Assembly: GCA_913052485.1 (NCBI GenBank)
Contig: CAJXDN010000002.1
Location: forward strand, 13,608-77,607
Length of the DNA stretch: 64,000 nt
Direction: 5' to 3'
Origin: an uncultured Flammeovirgaceae bacterium
GTDB taxonomy: Bacteria > Bacteroidota > Bacteroidia > Cytophagales > MED-G16
Each line of letters starts with the position of its first letter. Position 1 is the first letter of the stretch. Of the stretch, positions 39,775 through 49,044 are shown one piece after another. Under the pieces are notes generated by a model. It searched no databases. It had not been told where the DNA came from and was given only the letters and a program-made list of their open reading frames with translations. The translations under genes were made by a program, and so were the position numbers.

Positions 39775-40314
39775 ATGACTAATAAATCTAGATTGTTTAA
39801 TAGAGAAAGACTCGAAATAACAATCGATCGCCTTTGTCATCAACTTATTGAAAATCATAAAAATTTTAATAATTCAGTACTAATCGGGCTTCAGCCAAGA
39901 GGCATTTTTTTCCTTGATAGAATAAAAAGAAAAATAAATTCATTATTAGAGAAAGAAATTGAATCTGGAATTCTTGATACTACATTTTATAGAGATGACT
40001 TTAGATCTAATGAAATTCCCCAAGCCAAAGAGACACTTATACCTTTTCTAGTAGATGATAAAAATGTAGTAATAATTGATGATGTATTATTTACTGGGAG
40101 AACAGTTAGATCAGCTATGGATGGAATTATGAATTTTGGTAGACCAAAAAAAATAGAATTACTTGTCTTAGTTGACAGAAAATATAGTAGGGATATTCCT
40201 ATTGAGCCTACATATTGTGGTATTAAAATTAATACCATTACTTCTGATAGAATTGAAGTTAATTTAGCCGAACAAGGTTTTGAAAAGGATAATATTTGGG
40301 TTATAAATAGATAA
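39775..40314 (+). CDS. pyrR: PyrR / uracil phosphoribosyltransferase
   Basis: TFYRDD, DDVLFTGRT and LVDR motifs; precedes pyrB. Confidence 0.95.
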   Translation: MTNKSRLFNRERLEITIDRLCHQLIENHKNFNNSVLIGLQPRGIFFLDRIKRKINSLLEKEIESGILDTTFYRDDFRSNEIPQAKETLIPFLVDDKNVVIIDDVLFTGRTVRSAMDGIMNFGRPKKIELLVLVDRKYSRDIPIEPTYCGIKINTITSDRIEVNLAEQGFEKDNIWVINR

Positions 40315-41241
40315 ATGGAACAATTATTATCAAAAGATTTACTCGGAATAAAAAATCTAAAATTAGATGAGATAAATTTTATTTTCGATACTGCTGATAA
40401 ATTTAAGGAGGTATTACAGAGACCGATCAAAAAAGTTCCTTCACTGAGACATATGACTATTGCAAATGTATTTTTTGAAAATAGTACAAGAACCAAACTC
40501 TCTTTTGAACTAGCTCAGAAAAGATTATCAGCAGATGTCATCAATTTTTCCTCATCTATGAGCTCAGTAAAAAAGGGAGAATCACTTCTAGACACAATCA
40601 ATAATATTTTAGTGATGAAAGTGGATATGATTGTAATGAGACATCCTGACCCTGGAGCACCTCATTTTGTAGCAAAAAATATCAATAAATCAGTTATTAA
40701 TGCTGGAGACGGAACTCATGAACATCCTACTCAAGCTCTATTAGACTGCTATACTATTAAAGAGAAGTTAGGAGAAATAAAAAATAAAAAGATAGCAATT
40801 ATAGGAGACATCTCACATTCAAGAGTTGCAATTTCTAATATTTATGCTCTTCAAAAATTAGGAGCCAAAGTTATGCTATGCGGACCAAGTACACTAATCC
40901 CTAAGCATATAAGCTCACTAAATGTTCATATTGAAAATGATATTAAAAATGCATTAAAATGGTGTGATGTAGCGAATGTTTTAAGGATTCAGCTTGAAAG
41001 ACAGGGAAATAATAATTTTCCGTCGCTGAGAGAGTATGGCCTATATTATGGAATTAATAAAAAATTATTAGAAAAAATAAAAAAGGATATAATAATTATG
41101 CATCCTGGGCCAATTAACAGAGGAGTTGAAATAAGCAGTGATGTTGCTGACTCAAAAAACTCTTTAGTCTTAGATCAGGTCGAGAATGGAGTTGCTATTA
41201 GAATGGCAGTAATGTACTTACTATCTCAAAAAAATATTTGA
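40315..41241 (+). CDS. pyrB: Aspartate carbamoyltransferase catalytic subunit
   Basis: FFENSTRT, KGES, HEHPTQ, HSRV, RIQLER, MHPGP. Confidence 0.97.
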   Translation: MEQLLSKDLLGIKNLKLDEINFIFDTADKFKEVLQRPIKKVPSLRHMTIANVFFENSTRTKLSFELAQKRLSADVINFSSSMSSVKKGESLLDTINNILVMKVDMIVMRHPDPGAPHFVAKNINKSVINAGDGTHEHPTQALLDCYTIKEKLGEIKNKKIAIIGDISHSRVAISNIYALQKLGAKVMLCGPSTLIPKHISSLNVHIENDIKNALKWCDVANVLRIQLERQGNNNFPSLREYGLYYGINKKLLEKIKKDIIIMHPGPINRGVEISSDVADSKNSLVLDQVENGVAIRMAVMYLLSQKNI

Positions 41242-42551
41242 TGATATTTTTTTTTTATCTTCTTATAGCAGTAGTTTTAATTATTACACTTACATCTAGA
41301 TTTAAATTTAACCCTGCGATAAGTTTACTAATTGCAGCTTTTTTTTTGGGATTAATTTTAGAATTAAAACTTGTACAAATATTAATTTTAATTTTAGATG
41401 GTATTTGGAACTCAGTAAAAGGAATAGGTTTAATAATATTATTCAGTTGTATTATTGGTCAATTTTTAAAAGAAAGTAATTCAATAAAAAACTTTGGAAA
41501 TTTATTGATAAAAAGTCTTAAGTCAAATTCAATTTTATCCTTGAATATTCTTGGTTTATTTATTGGAACAGTTGTATTCTGTGACTCAGCCTTTTTAATA
41601 TTAAACGGTATATCAAGATCAATTGCTTCTACATCCTCAATTTCTTTAAATAGTTTAAATCTTTCTCTTGCTGGTGGTTTATATAGTTCACATACTCTTA
41701 TACCTCCAACACCGGGACCGATCGCAGCAATAAGTAATTTTAATCTTTTAGATAATATTGGAATGGTAATGATACTTGGAGTAATTGTAGCTATCCCTTC
41801 ATCTATTATCTCATATCTTTTTGCAAAAAAAATTATGGTAAAGAGTAAGTTGATTAATATAAAAACATCACAAAAAATTATCAAACCTCATATTCTTGCT
41901 TATCTGTCTATCATAATTCCGTTAGGATTAATAAGTCTTAACACCTTGACTAACCTAGTTGACAAAAATGAATTTATTCTGCTTCAAAATACATTTAGGT
42001 TAATTGGAAATCCAATTTCAGCTTTACTTTTAGGGTCAATATTTTCCTATTTGATTCCAAGAGAAAATAGGAATAATATTGAAATAATTAAAAATTCGTT
42101 CAAAGACTTTATTCCGATAATTTTAATTACCTCATCAGGAGCTGGATTTGCTAATATTATCAAGAACTCAGAGATAGTTAGTTTATTACCAGGATTAATG
42201 AATATTGAAAGCAGTGACATAATTTATATTTGTATTATTGGATTTATATGCAGTTCAATTATTAAAACCAGTCAAGGATCTAGTACCTCATCAATTATTA
42301 TTGTTAGTGCTATTTTATTTCCTATAATTCAAGATTTTAAATTAGAATCAATAGAATTATCTATGATAATTTTATCAATAGGTGCAGGATCTATGATGAT
42401 ATCTCATGTGAATGATTCCTATTTCTGGATAGTAGTAAAAAAAACAAAATTAAATTTACTGGACGGCATCAAATATTACACCCTCATGACAACTATTCAA
42501 AGTTTAGGAACTTTGGTAGTTATCATTATGTTAATTAGTATTTTCTTATAG
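41238..42551 (+). CDS. GntP-family permease
   Basis: Multi-TM protein with VFCDS, PPTPGP, QGSST and SHVNDSYFW motifs. Confidence 0.88.
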   Translation: MMIFFFYLLIAVVLIITLTSRFKFNPAISLLIAAFFLGLILELKLVQILILILDGIWNSVKGIGLIILFSCIIGQFLKESNSIKNFGNLLIKSLKSNSILSLNILGLFIGTVVFCDSAFLILNGISRSIASTSSISLNSLNLSLAGGLYSSHTLIPPTPGPIAAISNFNLLDNIGMVMILGVIVAIPSSIISYLFAKKIMVKSKLINIKTSQKIIKPHILAYLSIIIPLGLISLNTLTNLVDKNEFILLQNTFRLIGNPISALLLGSIFSYLIPRENRNNIEIIKNSFKDFIPIILITSSGAGFANIIKNSEIVSLLPGLMNIESSDIIYICIIGFICSSIIKTSQGSSTSSIIIVSAILFPIIQDFKLESIELSMIILSIGAGSMMISHVNDSYFWIVVKKTKLNLLDGIKYYTLMTTIQSLGTLVVIIMLISIFL

Positions 42552-42563
42552 CATACAAGATTT

Positions 42564-42589
42564 AAAAACTATTGACATCTAACCTCGTA
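42564..42589 (+). promoter_or_regulatory. Putative ECF-sigma promoter AAAAAC-N16-CGTA
   Basis: AAC at 42567-69 and CGTA at 42586-89, 11 nt before the receptor ATG. Confidence 0.35.
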
Positions 42590-42600
42590 TAACCAGGTGC

Positions 42601-45117
42601 ATGAAAAACTTGATTTTAGTCATATTTCTAATATTAACATTTAATTCTTTATCTCAGGATAGATCACAATGGAGCAGGAGTTCTTCAGGTCAAAACTTAC
42701 AAGTTCCAAAAATGTCTCTTAAGGGAAGACTAATTGATAATGAAACTGGAGAAGGACTGTCTTACGCAACTATTTCAATAAATACCGTCGACTCAATCTT
42801 AGTATCTGGAGGTATATCAGATGATAACGGTAAATTCAAGATAGATATTGATCCAAGAAAAATGTTTGAGAAAATTAGATCAGAGAGAGATAAGAATTAT
42901 AGAGGACTTGGAATGTCACTAAGAGCAGAAGTAACTTATATTGGCTACAAAATAAAATACATTGAGTTACCATTCACAAAGGATAAAAGGGAGATCGATC
43001 TGAAAAATATTGAATTAAAATCAGATGCAACATCTCTCAATGAAGTAACAGTGAGGGCAGAAAAAAGCAGTCTTGAACTTAAGTTAGACAAAAGAGTTTT
43101 CAACGTAGGTAAAGATTTGAGTAATAAAGGGGGAACAGCTGAAGAAATTTTAGAGAATATACCATCTATTGACTTGGACATTGAGGGAAATGTTAGTCTA
43201 AGAGGATCACAGAGCGTAAGAATCCTTGTAGATGGAAAACCTGCAAGTATGATGGGATTAGATGGGCCAAATGCTTTTAAGCAATTACAAGGAAGTGAGA
43301 TAGATAAAGTAGAAATTATTACAAATCCCTCTTCAAGGTACAGTGCAGAAGGGTCATCTGGAATACTTAATATAATTTTAAAAAAAGAAAGATTGAAAGG
43401 TCTAAATGGGTCAATAAATTTGAACACTGGATATCCTACTCAAAATGGTATTTCAACTAATTTTAATTACAGGAAGTCTAAGTTCTCAGTATTTGCATCA
43501 TTAAGTGCAAATCAAAGAGAGACAAATGGTGGTGGATTTAGTAATTCAGATTTTTTTCTATCCGATACAACTTATTCATCATACATCGAAAGAGACAATC
43601 TAAATAACAGTTTATCATTTGGAGGCAGAGCTGGTTTTTCATTTTTTCCTAATATAAATAATATTTTTACTTTTTCAGTTGGCTCAAGGTTTAGTGATAG
43701 AAACTCTGAAGAAAATAATAGTTACATAGATTTTGATATTGCAGAAAATGAAATCGCAAGAAGTAACAGGATAGAAAATTCAGAGGATTTAAGCAACAAC
43801 TTAAGTTATAGTTTTTCTTATACAAAAAACTTCAAAGAGAGAGGTCACAATTTAAAGTTTGACTTATCGTGGAGTGATAATAATTCTGAAAATAACAGTA
43901 ATTATAATGAGTCAAGATTAATACAAAGATCATTTCAAGAGGGTTCAAGATATGATCAAAGTATAAGAGTTGACTATAATCATCCCTTTAACGAAAATAA
44001 AGGGAAAATTGAGTTAGGCTATAAGAGAGATTATGATAGAATGTCAAGTATTTATTATGCAGAGCAATTGTTTGATAATGTCTGGCAAAATATACCTCCA
44101 TCGAATGAATATAATTATTACCAGGATGTTAATGCGTTATATCTTCAAGCTGGAAATAAAACAGGCAACCTGTCTTATCAATTAGGTATTAGATTTGAAG
44201 ATACTGATTTCTATGCGAATATGGAGAGTGACAATAAGGAAACTAATTTAAGATATTCAAATTGGTTCCCTTCTGCATTTATAACTTATGAGTTGTCAAA
44301 AAGTAGCTCCTTCCAGCTCAGTTACAGTAAGAGACTAAGGAGACCAAGGTTTTGGGATTTAAATCCATTTTGGGGTTTAAGTGATGGGAGGTTTAATTGG
44401 GAGGGAAATCCATTCCTTGAACCAGAACTTACCGATTCTTATGAGTTAGGTTATCTTAAAGAATTTAAGTCAGGTAACATTTACATTGGAACATACTATA
44501 GACATACTGAAGATGAGATTGAAAGAATTTTTGATGTAAATGATGCAGGATATTCTGTTTTCAAACCTATTAACCTAGGTTATACAAATGCATATGGCAT
44601 AGAAATTAATGGATCAATTGAGTTTACAAAAAGATTCAGGACAACAGGCTCTTTTAATTTTTTTAACTCTGAGACAGAAGGAGATTATAAAAATCAAAAC
44701 TTCTACTCAAGATCCTACAGCTGGAGAACTCGACTAAGTAATAATATCAAAATGTTTGATGATAAATTAGAAGGTCAAGTTACATTCGATTACAGAGGAC
44801 CATCAGATTCGCCCCAGGGTAAAAATCTATCTTCCTACGGCATTGATTTAAGTTTATCTAAGGATATATTTAAAAATAAGAGAGGGACAATTAGCCTAAC
44901 AGTGAGAGATTTAACTAAGAGTAGACTCAGAAGATACGAAAGAGGAGGTAAAGCCGGAGACAATTACTTTACTGTGGGTGAATTTGCGTGGAGGAGAACA
45001 CAAGAGTTTAGATTATCACTGCAGTATCGGATTAATCAAAATAAAAGGAGAGGTGGACAAAGAGGTAATTATGATCCATCAGAGTTCCAGGGTGGAAGCG
45101 GTATATTTGGAAATTAG
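42601..45117 (+). CDS. TonB-dependent receptor / outer-membrane beta-barrel protein
   Basis: Signal peptide, carboxypeptidase-regulatory-like N-domain, plug (VSLRG, EIITNPSSRYSAEG, GILNIILK), barrel (GNPFLEPE), Gly-rich tail. Confidence 0.88.
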   Translation: MKNLILVIFLILTFNSLSQDRSQWSRSSSGQNLQVPKMSLKGRLIDNETGEGLSYATISINTVDSILVSGGISDDNGKFKIDIDPRKMFEKIRSERDKNYRGLGMSLRAEVTYIGYKIKYIELPFTKDKREIDLKNIELKSDATSLNEVTVRAEKSSLELKLDKRVFNVGKDLSNKGGTAEEILENIPSIDLDIEGNVSLRGSQSVRILVDGKPASMMGLDGPNAFKQLQGSEIDKVEIITNPSSRYSAEGSSGILNIILKKERLKGLNGSINLNTGYPTQNGISTNFNYRKSKFSVFASLSANQRETNGGGFSNSDFFLSDTTYSSYIERDNLNNSLSFGGRAGFSFFPNINNIFTFSVGSRFSDRNSEENNSYIDFDIAENEIARSNRIENSEDLSNNLSYSFSYTKNFKERGHNLKFDLSWSDNNSENNSNYNESRLIQRSFQEGSRYDQSIRVDYNHPFNENKGKIELGYKRDYDRMSSIYYAEQLFDNVWQNIPPSNEYNYYQDVNALYLQAGNKTGNLSYQLGIRFEDTDFYANMESDNKETNLRYSNWFPSAFITYELSKSSSFQLSYSKRLRRPRFWDLNPFWGLSDGRFNWEGNPFLEPELTDSYELGYLKEFKSGNIYIGTYYRHTEDEIERIFDVNDAGYSVFKPINLGYTNAYGIEINGSIEFTKRFRTTGSFNFFNSETEGDYKNQNFYSRSYSWRTRLSNNIKMFDDKLEGQVTFDYRGPSDSPQGKNLSSYGIDLSLSKDIFKNKRGTISLTVRDLTKSRLRRYERGGKAGDNYFTVGEFAWRRTQEFRLSLQYRINQNKRRGGQRGNYDPSEFQGGSGIFGN

Positions 45118-45155
45118 ATCTAAAAAAAATAATTTTATACGATAACAGTATAAAT

Positions 45156-45743
45156 TTGTATTTTTCAAAACTTCAAAGATTTATTTTAAAACACTCATTA
45201 ATTAATATAAATAATGAGAATCTTACTTTATATTCAGATGGTATTGAAAAGTTCACGCCAAAAAAAGAGGATAATATAGACCTTATAAATTCAACAATCG
45301 ATGATCTTCTACATATAAAAAAGAAATCGGAGGAGAACATAAAAAATGAGTTCAGAACTAAATTTGGATATATTGAGCCTGATTCTAATTCTAATGCACA
45401 TATATATTTCTACGAGCCTATTATATATTTTTTCAGGATAAGACCTAAAGAAACATTTATTAAACAAAACTCATCTATGCTTGAAAACTCAAGTGAAATA
45501 AGAAAGAATTTTGAAATAAAAAAAAGAAAATATATTAGAGAAGACGGAAACCACAAAAGAGGAGTGATAAGAGGAGAATGTAAATATCTTAAAAGATCAA
45601 AAGCCTCGTTAAGTAGGTCCTTTTCTACTTTATTAGGAAAAAAATTAATAAGAAAAATTTCTTTAGTTGATTATGATAACAGAGAAATTGGAATAGGTTT
45701 CAACTTGACTAAAAAAGGTAAAAAAATAATAAATGAAATTTAA
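45156..45743 (+). CDS. Hypothetical protein with MarR-like winged-helix C-terminus
   Basis: 195-aa ORF with TTG start, overlapping the next gene; KASLSRSFSTLLGKKLI...LTKKGKKI. Confidence 0.6.
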   Translation: MYFSKLQRFILKHSLININNENLTLYSDGIEKFTPKKEDNIDLINSTIDDLLHIKKKSEENIKNEFRTKFGYIEPDSNSNAHIYFYEPIIYFFRIRPKETFIKQNSSMLENSSEIRKNFEIKKRKYIREDGNHKRGVIRGECKYLKRSKASLSRSFSTLLGKKLIRKISLVDYDNREIGIGFNLTKKGKKIINEI

Positions 45744-46779
45744 TATATTCATCTTAATTATAACTTTCTTACAAATATCATGTGATAATAAAAATCAAAA
45801 TCAATCAGCAAGGATTAAATTAGAAACAAGAATTTCATCCCCATTAAGTAACTCTATTATCAGAGATACAGATTCAATAAAAATTGAGGTAAAAAGTAAC
45901 ACTGAAAAAATTTTAAAATCAAGACTAATTATAAATCTTGATACATTTTATTTTAATGACAAAATATCTATTGCTTCGAATAGATTAGGAAAATATGGTA
46001 AACAAAAAATAGTAGTTCAAAATGAATTGAAGAATAAAAAAGATGAGACTTTACATAAAACATTTTATTTATATCCAAGTCAAAAACCAAAGGAATTAGA
46101 ATATGAGATAATTAAAATAATTCCACATGATAAAAATTCATATACTCAGGGACTTTTGATTGACAAAGAGAATATAATAGAAAGTTCAGGTCAATATGGT
46201 AAATCATTTATAAGGAAGAGTAAATTATATGGTAATCAAGTTATCAATCAAGTAGATATTGATGATAATTTTTTTGCAGAAGGAATTTCAATATATAATA
46301 ACAAACTCTATATGTTGACCTGGAAGAGCAATAAAGGACTTATATATGATCTAGATTCATTTAAAAAAATTGGAGATTTTGAATATCAGACAGAGGGATG
46401 GGGGTTATCAACTTATGAAGATAAATTATTGATGAGTGATGGAACAGAAAAAATATATTTTAGGGATCCAGAAAGTTTTAAAATTTTAAATATGATTGAA
46501 GTGTATGATGATAATGGTAAAATAGAAAACATAAATGAACTTGAAATTATAAATGGAAAATTATTTTGTAATGTTTATGGAGAAGATATTATTCTTATTA
46601 TTGACTTAAAAACTGGAAGAGTTGAGAGTAAAATAAATCTTGAAAACTTATTTACAAGAAAAAATTATAATAATAAGATAGATGTATTAAATGGTATTGC
46701 CTATAATAAAATAAATAATTCTATAATTGTAACTGGAAAATGGTGGCCATCAATGTACGAAATAAAAATTATAAATTAA
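45733..46779 (+). CDS. Glutaminyl-peptide cyclotransferase (type I, beta-propeller) lipoprotein
   Basis: Lipobox QISC, PHD...YTQGL, FAEG, EGWG, SDG, NELE, VLNGIA, TGKWW. Confidence 0.92.
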   Translation: MKFNIFILIITFLQISCDNKNQNQSARIKLETRISSPLSNSIIRDTDSIKIEVKSNTEKILKSRLIINLDTFYFNDKISIASNRLGKYGKQKIVVQNELKNKKDETLHKTFYLYPSQKPKELEYEIIKIIPHDKNSYTQGLLIDKENIIESSGQYGKSFIRKSKLYGNQVINQVDIDDNFFAEGISIYNNKLYMLTWKSNKGLIYDLDSFKKIGDFEYQTEGWGLSTYEDKLLMSDGTEKIYFRDPESFKILNMIEVYDDNGKIENINELEIINGKLFCNVYGEDIILIIDLKTGRVESKINLENLFTRKNYNNKIDVLNGIAYNKINNSIIVTGKWWPSMYEIKIIN

Positions 46780-46784
46780 CTATT

Positions 46785-47084
46785 ATGAATATAAATGAAA
46801 TAACTAATAGAGTTAAAGAGCTTTCAAAAGAAAGTTCAGGAAAAATTGAATCCAAAATAAAATTCAAACTGACAGATGGATGTATTTTTATAGACGATAC
46901 AGTAGAACCAACACTTATTAATAATGAGGATAGTGAAGCGCACTGTACAATAATTATTAATAACTCAGATTTAGTTAAACTATTAGATAAGGAAATGGAT
47001 TCTATGCAAGCATTTATGAGCGGGAAAATGAAAATTGAGGGAGAGATGACAGTAGCTATGAAACTGTCTTCAATTTTTGGATAA
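46785..47084 (+). CDS. SCP2 sterol/lipid-binding domain protein
   Basis: MQAFMSGKMKIEGEMTVAMKL motif; ATG 46785 avoids overlap with the upstream gene. Confidence 0.9.
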   Translation: MNINEITNRVKELSKESSGKIESKIKFKLTDGCIFIDDTVEPTLINNEDSEAHCTIIINNSDLVKLLDKEMDSMQAFMSGKMKIEGEMTVAMKLSSIFG

Positions 47085-47095
47085 AAGATATTCAG

Positions 47096-47181
47096 TGCGC
47101 ATGAGAAGAGTCGAACTTCCACGACTAATTAAAGTCACTAGGCCCTCAACCTAGCGCGTCTACCAATTCCGCCACATGCGC
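47096..47181 (-). tRNA. tRNA-Leu (anticodon GAG), no encoded CCA
   Basis: GCGCATGTGGCGGAATTGGTAGACGCG-CTAGG-TTGAGGG-CCTAG, variable arm, GTTCGAC T-loop, CATGCGCA. Confidence 0.96.
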
Positions 47182-47189
47182 TTTATAAT

Positions 47190-47888
47190 TTACTTTCTTC
47201 TTTTTGTCCAAATTTCGTATTTAGGGTCTCCCTTGGAACTAAAACCTCTATGATGCCAATCTCCCTCCTTGATTTCGAAATCAAACTCTAGAGATTTTCC
47301 AACCGTCTCTTTATCTCTCGAAAAGAATTCAATATTCTCAACATACTTCCCATTTTTGGTTGAATATGTGCCACCACCAGAACCATAAAAACCTTTCTTA
47401 GAAATATCATAAGCAATCCATTGAAATCTATTTCCAGCTAATATCTTCATAGTCTTTCTCGGCTTATTTACATCTCTCATCCTCATTTCACCTCTTCTTT
47501 CAATACCACTCATCAACCAAGAACCACTTAACTGAGATTTTTCTATATTTTTTGAGAAGATTTTATCATCAATTTTAAGATATTCTTTACCATTAATAGC
47601 TTCAATATTTACATTAGAATAAAAAAGTGTATCCCCTACTAATGAGGAATCCAATGAATTATATTCTAGTAATTCATAGTAGCCATTATCAGTTGAAAAT
47701 ATCCCACCGGAAGTACTTATGAAAATATTATTATTATCATATCTAACAACTGTAAAAAATTTGTCAGAATAGATTCTTAACTCAAAATCATCATCAGACT
47801 CTAAAACCCAAGATGTGTTCTGGATATCACTTGAAAAAAAATTATTTATATTAAGAAAAATAAATATTAAAAGACTATGCATTATCAT
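47190..47888 (-). CDS. Conserved secreted protein with two lipocalin-like (DUF4488-like) repeats
   Basis: Signal-like N-terminus; repeated GGxF/Y...Y-E-x-x-E-Y/F unit; RKTMKIL...RFQWIAY...GGGTY. Confidence 0.7.
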   Translation of the reverse strand: MIMHSLLIFIFLNINNFFSSDIQNTSWVLESDDDFELRIYSDKFFTVVRYDNNNIFISTSGGIFSTDNGYYELLEYNSLDSSLVGDTLFYSNVNIEAINGKEYLKIDDKIFSKNIEKSQLSGSWLMSGIERRGEMRMRDVNKPRKTMKILAGNRFQWIAYDISKKGFYGSGGGTYSTKNGKYVENIEFFSRDKETVGKSLEFDFEIKEGDWHHRGFSSKGDPKYEIWTKRRK

Positions 47889-49005
47889 TTAACATAACTG
47901 GCATAACTAACATAGTGATATCTTCATTTTCACTCATATTATCAGGCATAATTAATCCAGCTCTATTTGGCTCAGATAATTTAAAACGGACTTTATCAGA
48001 CTCAATATTTGATAACATTTCTATTAAAAATTTTGCATTAAATCCTATTTCAATATTATCTCCATCATGCTCACATGAAATTCTTTCGTTAGCCTCATTA
48101 GAAAAATCTAGATCTTCAGCAGATATTAAAATCTCAGATCCAGAAATTTTAAATCTTACTTGATTAGTTGTTTTGTTTGCGTATATAGAAATTCTTTTTA
48201 GTGAACCTAAGATTTCTGACCTATCCAAAATAACTATATTAGAGTTATCATTAGGAATTACATTATCATAATCAGGGTATCTTTCATCAATAAGTCTACA
48301 AACCATCCTAACATTTTCAAATGAGAAGAAAGCATTTGAAGCATTGAATTCAAGATTAATATCTATTGACTTATCTGTGGGAATAACTGATTTTAATAAA
48401 TTTAAAGATTTTCTAGGAATAATCATGTCATGATCAACTTCATCACCTTTAATATCTGTTCTGATATACTTAACTAACCTGTGACCATCAGTCGACACGA
48501 ATGTACCTGAACTATTTGATAATTTGAAGAATATTCCGGTCATTGCAGGCCTTAAGTCATCGGTACTAGTAGAAAAAATTGTATTTGATATAGCTGAATT
48601 AAGAATACCAGAATCAATGGCAGATGAAAAACCATCGTTTAATGTTGGTGCTTTGGGAAAATCAGCAGAATTTTCTCCTGCAAGTTTATACTTTCCATTA
48701 TCAGAGTTTATTTCAATATTATAATTTTGGTCATCGATAGAAAAAGTTACTGGTTGCTCTGGTAAATTTTTAAGCGTTTCTATAAGTATTTTTGCAGGGA
48801 TAGCAACACTTCCATCCTCTTTAGATTCTACCTGCAATTCAACAATTACTGAGGTCTGTAGGTCAGAGGCCGTAATCAATAAATTTCCGCTTTCAATTTC
48901 AAATAAAACATTTTCAAGAATTGGGACAACAGGGTTCGAGGTTATTACACCACTTATTGCATTTAAATTTTTTAGTAGGTAGGAAGAAGAGACAATAAAA
49001 TTCAT
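47875..49005 (-). CDS. dnaN: DNA polymerase III beta clamp
   Basis: PILEN, STDGHRL, RLIDERYPDY, IGFNAKFL, LVMPV. Confidence 0.97.
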   Translation of the reverse strand: MNFIVSSSYLLKNLNAISGVITSNPVVPILENVLFEIESGNLLITASDLQTSVIVELQVESKEDGSVAIPAKILIETLKNLPEQPVTFSIDDQNYNIEINSDNGKYKLAGENSADFPKAPTLNDGFSSAIDSGILNSAISNTIFSTSTDDLRPAMTGIFFKLSNSSGTFVSTDGHRLVKYIRTDIKGDEVDHDMIIPRKSLNLLKSVIPTDKSIDINLEFNASNAFFSFENVRMVCRLIDERYPDYDNVIPNDNSNIVILDRSEILGSLKRISIYANKTTNQVRFKISGSEILISAEDLDFSNEANERISCEHDGDNIEIGFNAKFLIEMLSNIESDKVRFKLSEPNRAGLIMPDNMSENEDITMLVMPVMLNDNA

Positions 49006-49044
49006 TTCAATAAAATTTAGTGAAAGTAAATTTATAAATAATAA

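Noticed and set aside
42572-42593. TTGACA...TATAAC sigma70-like promoter
   Set aside because: The spacer is only 10 nt, and Bacteroidota do not use this consensus.
41238-47181. Genomic island ending at tRNA-Leu
   Set aside because: No integrase, no duplicated tRNA 3' end seen, and the genes are typical of Bacteroidota.
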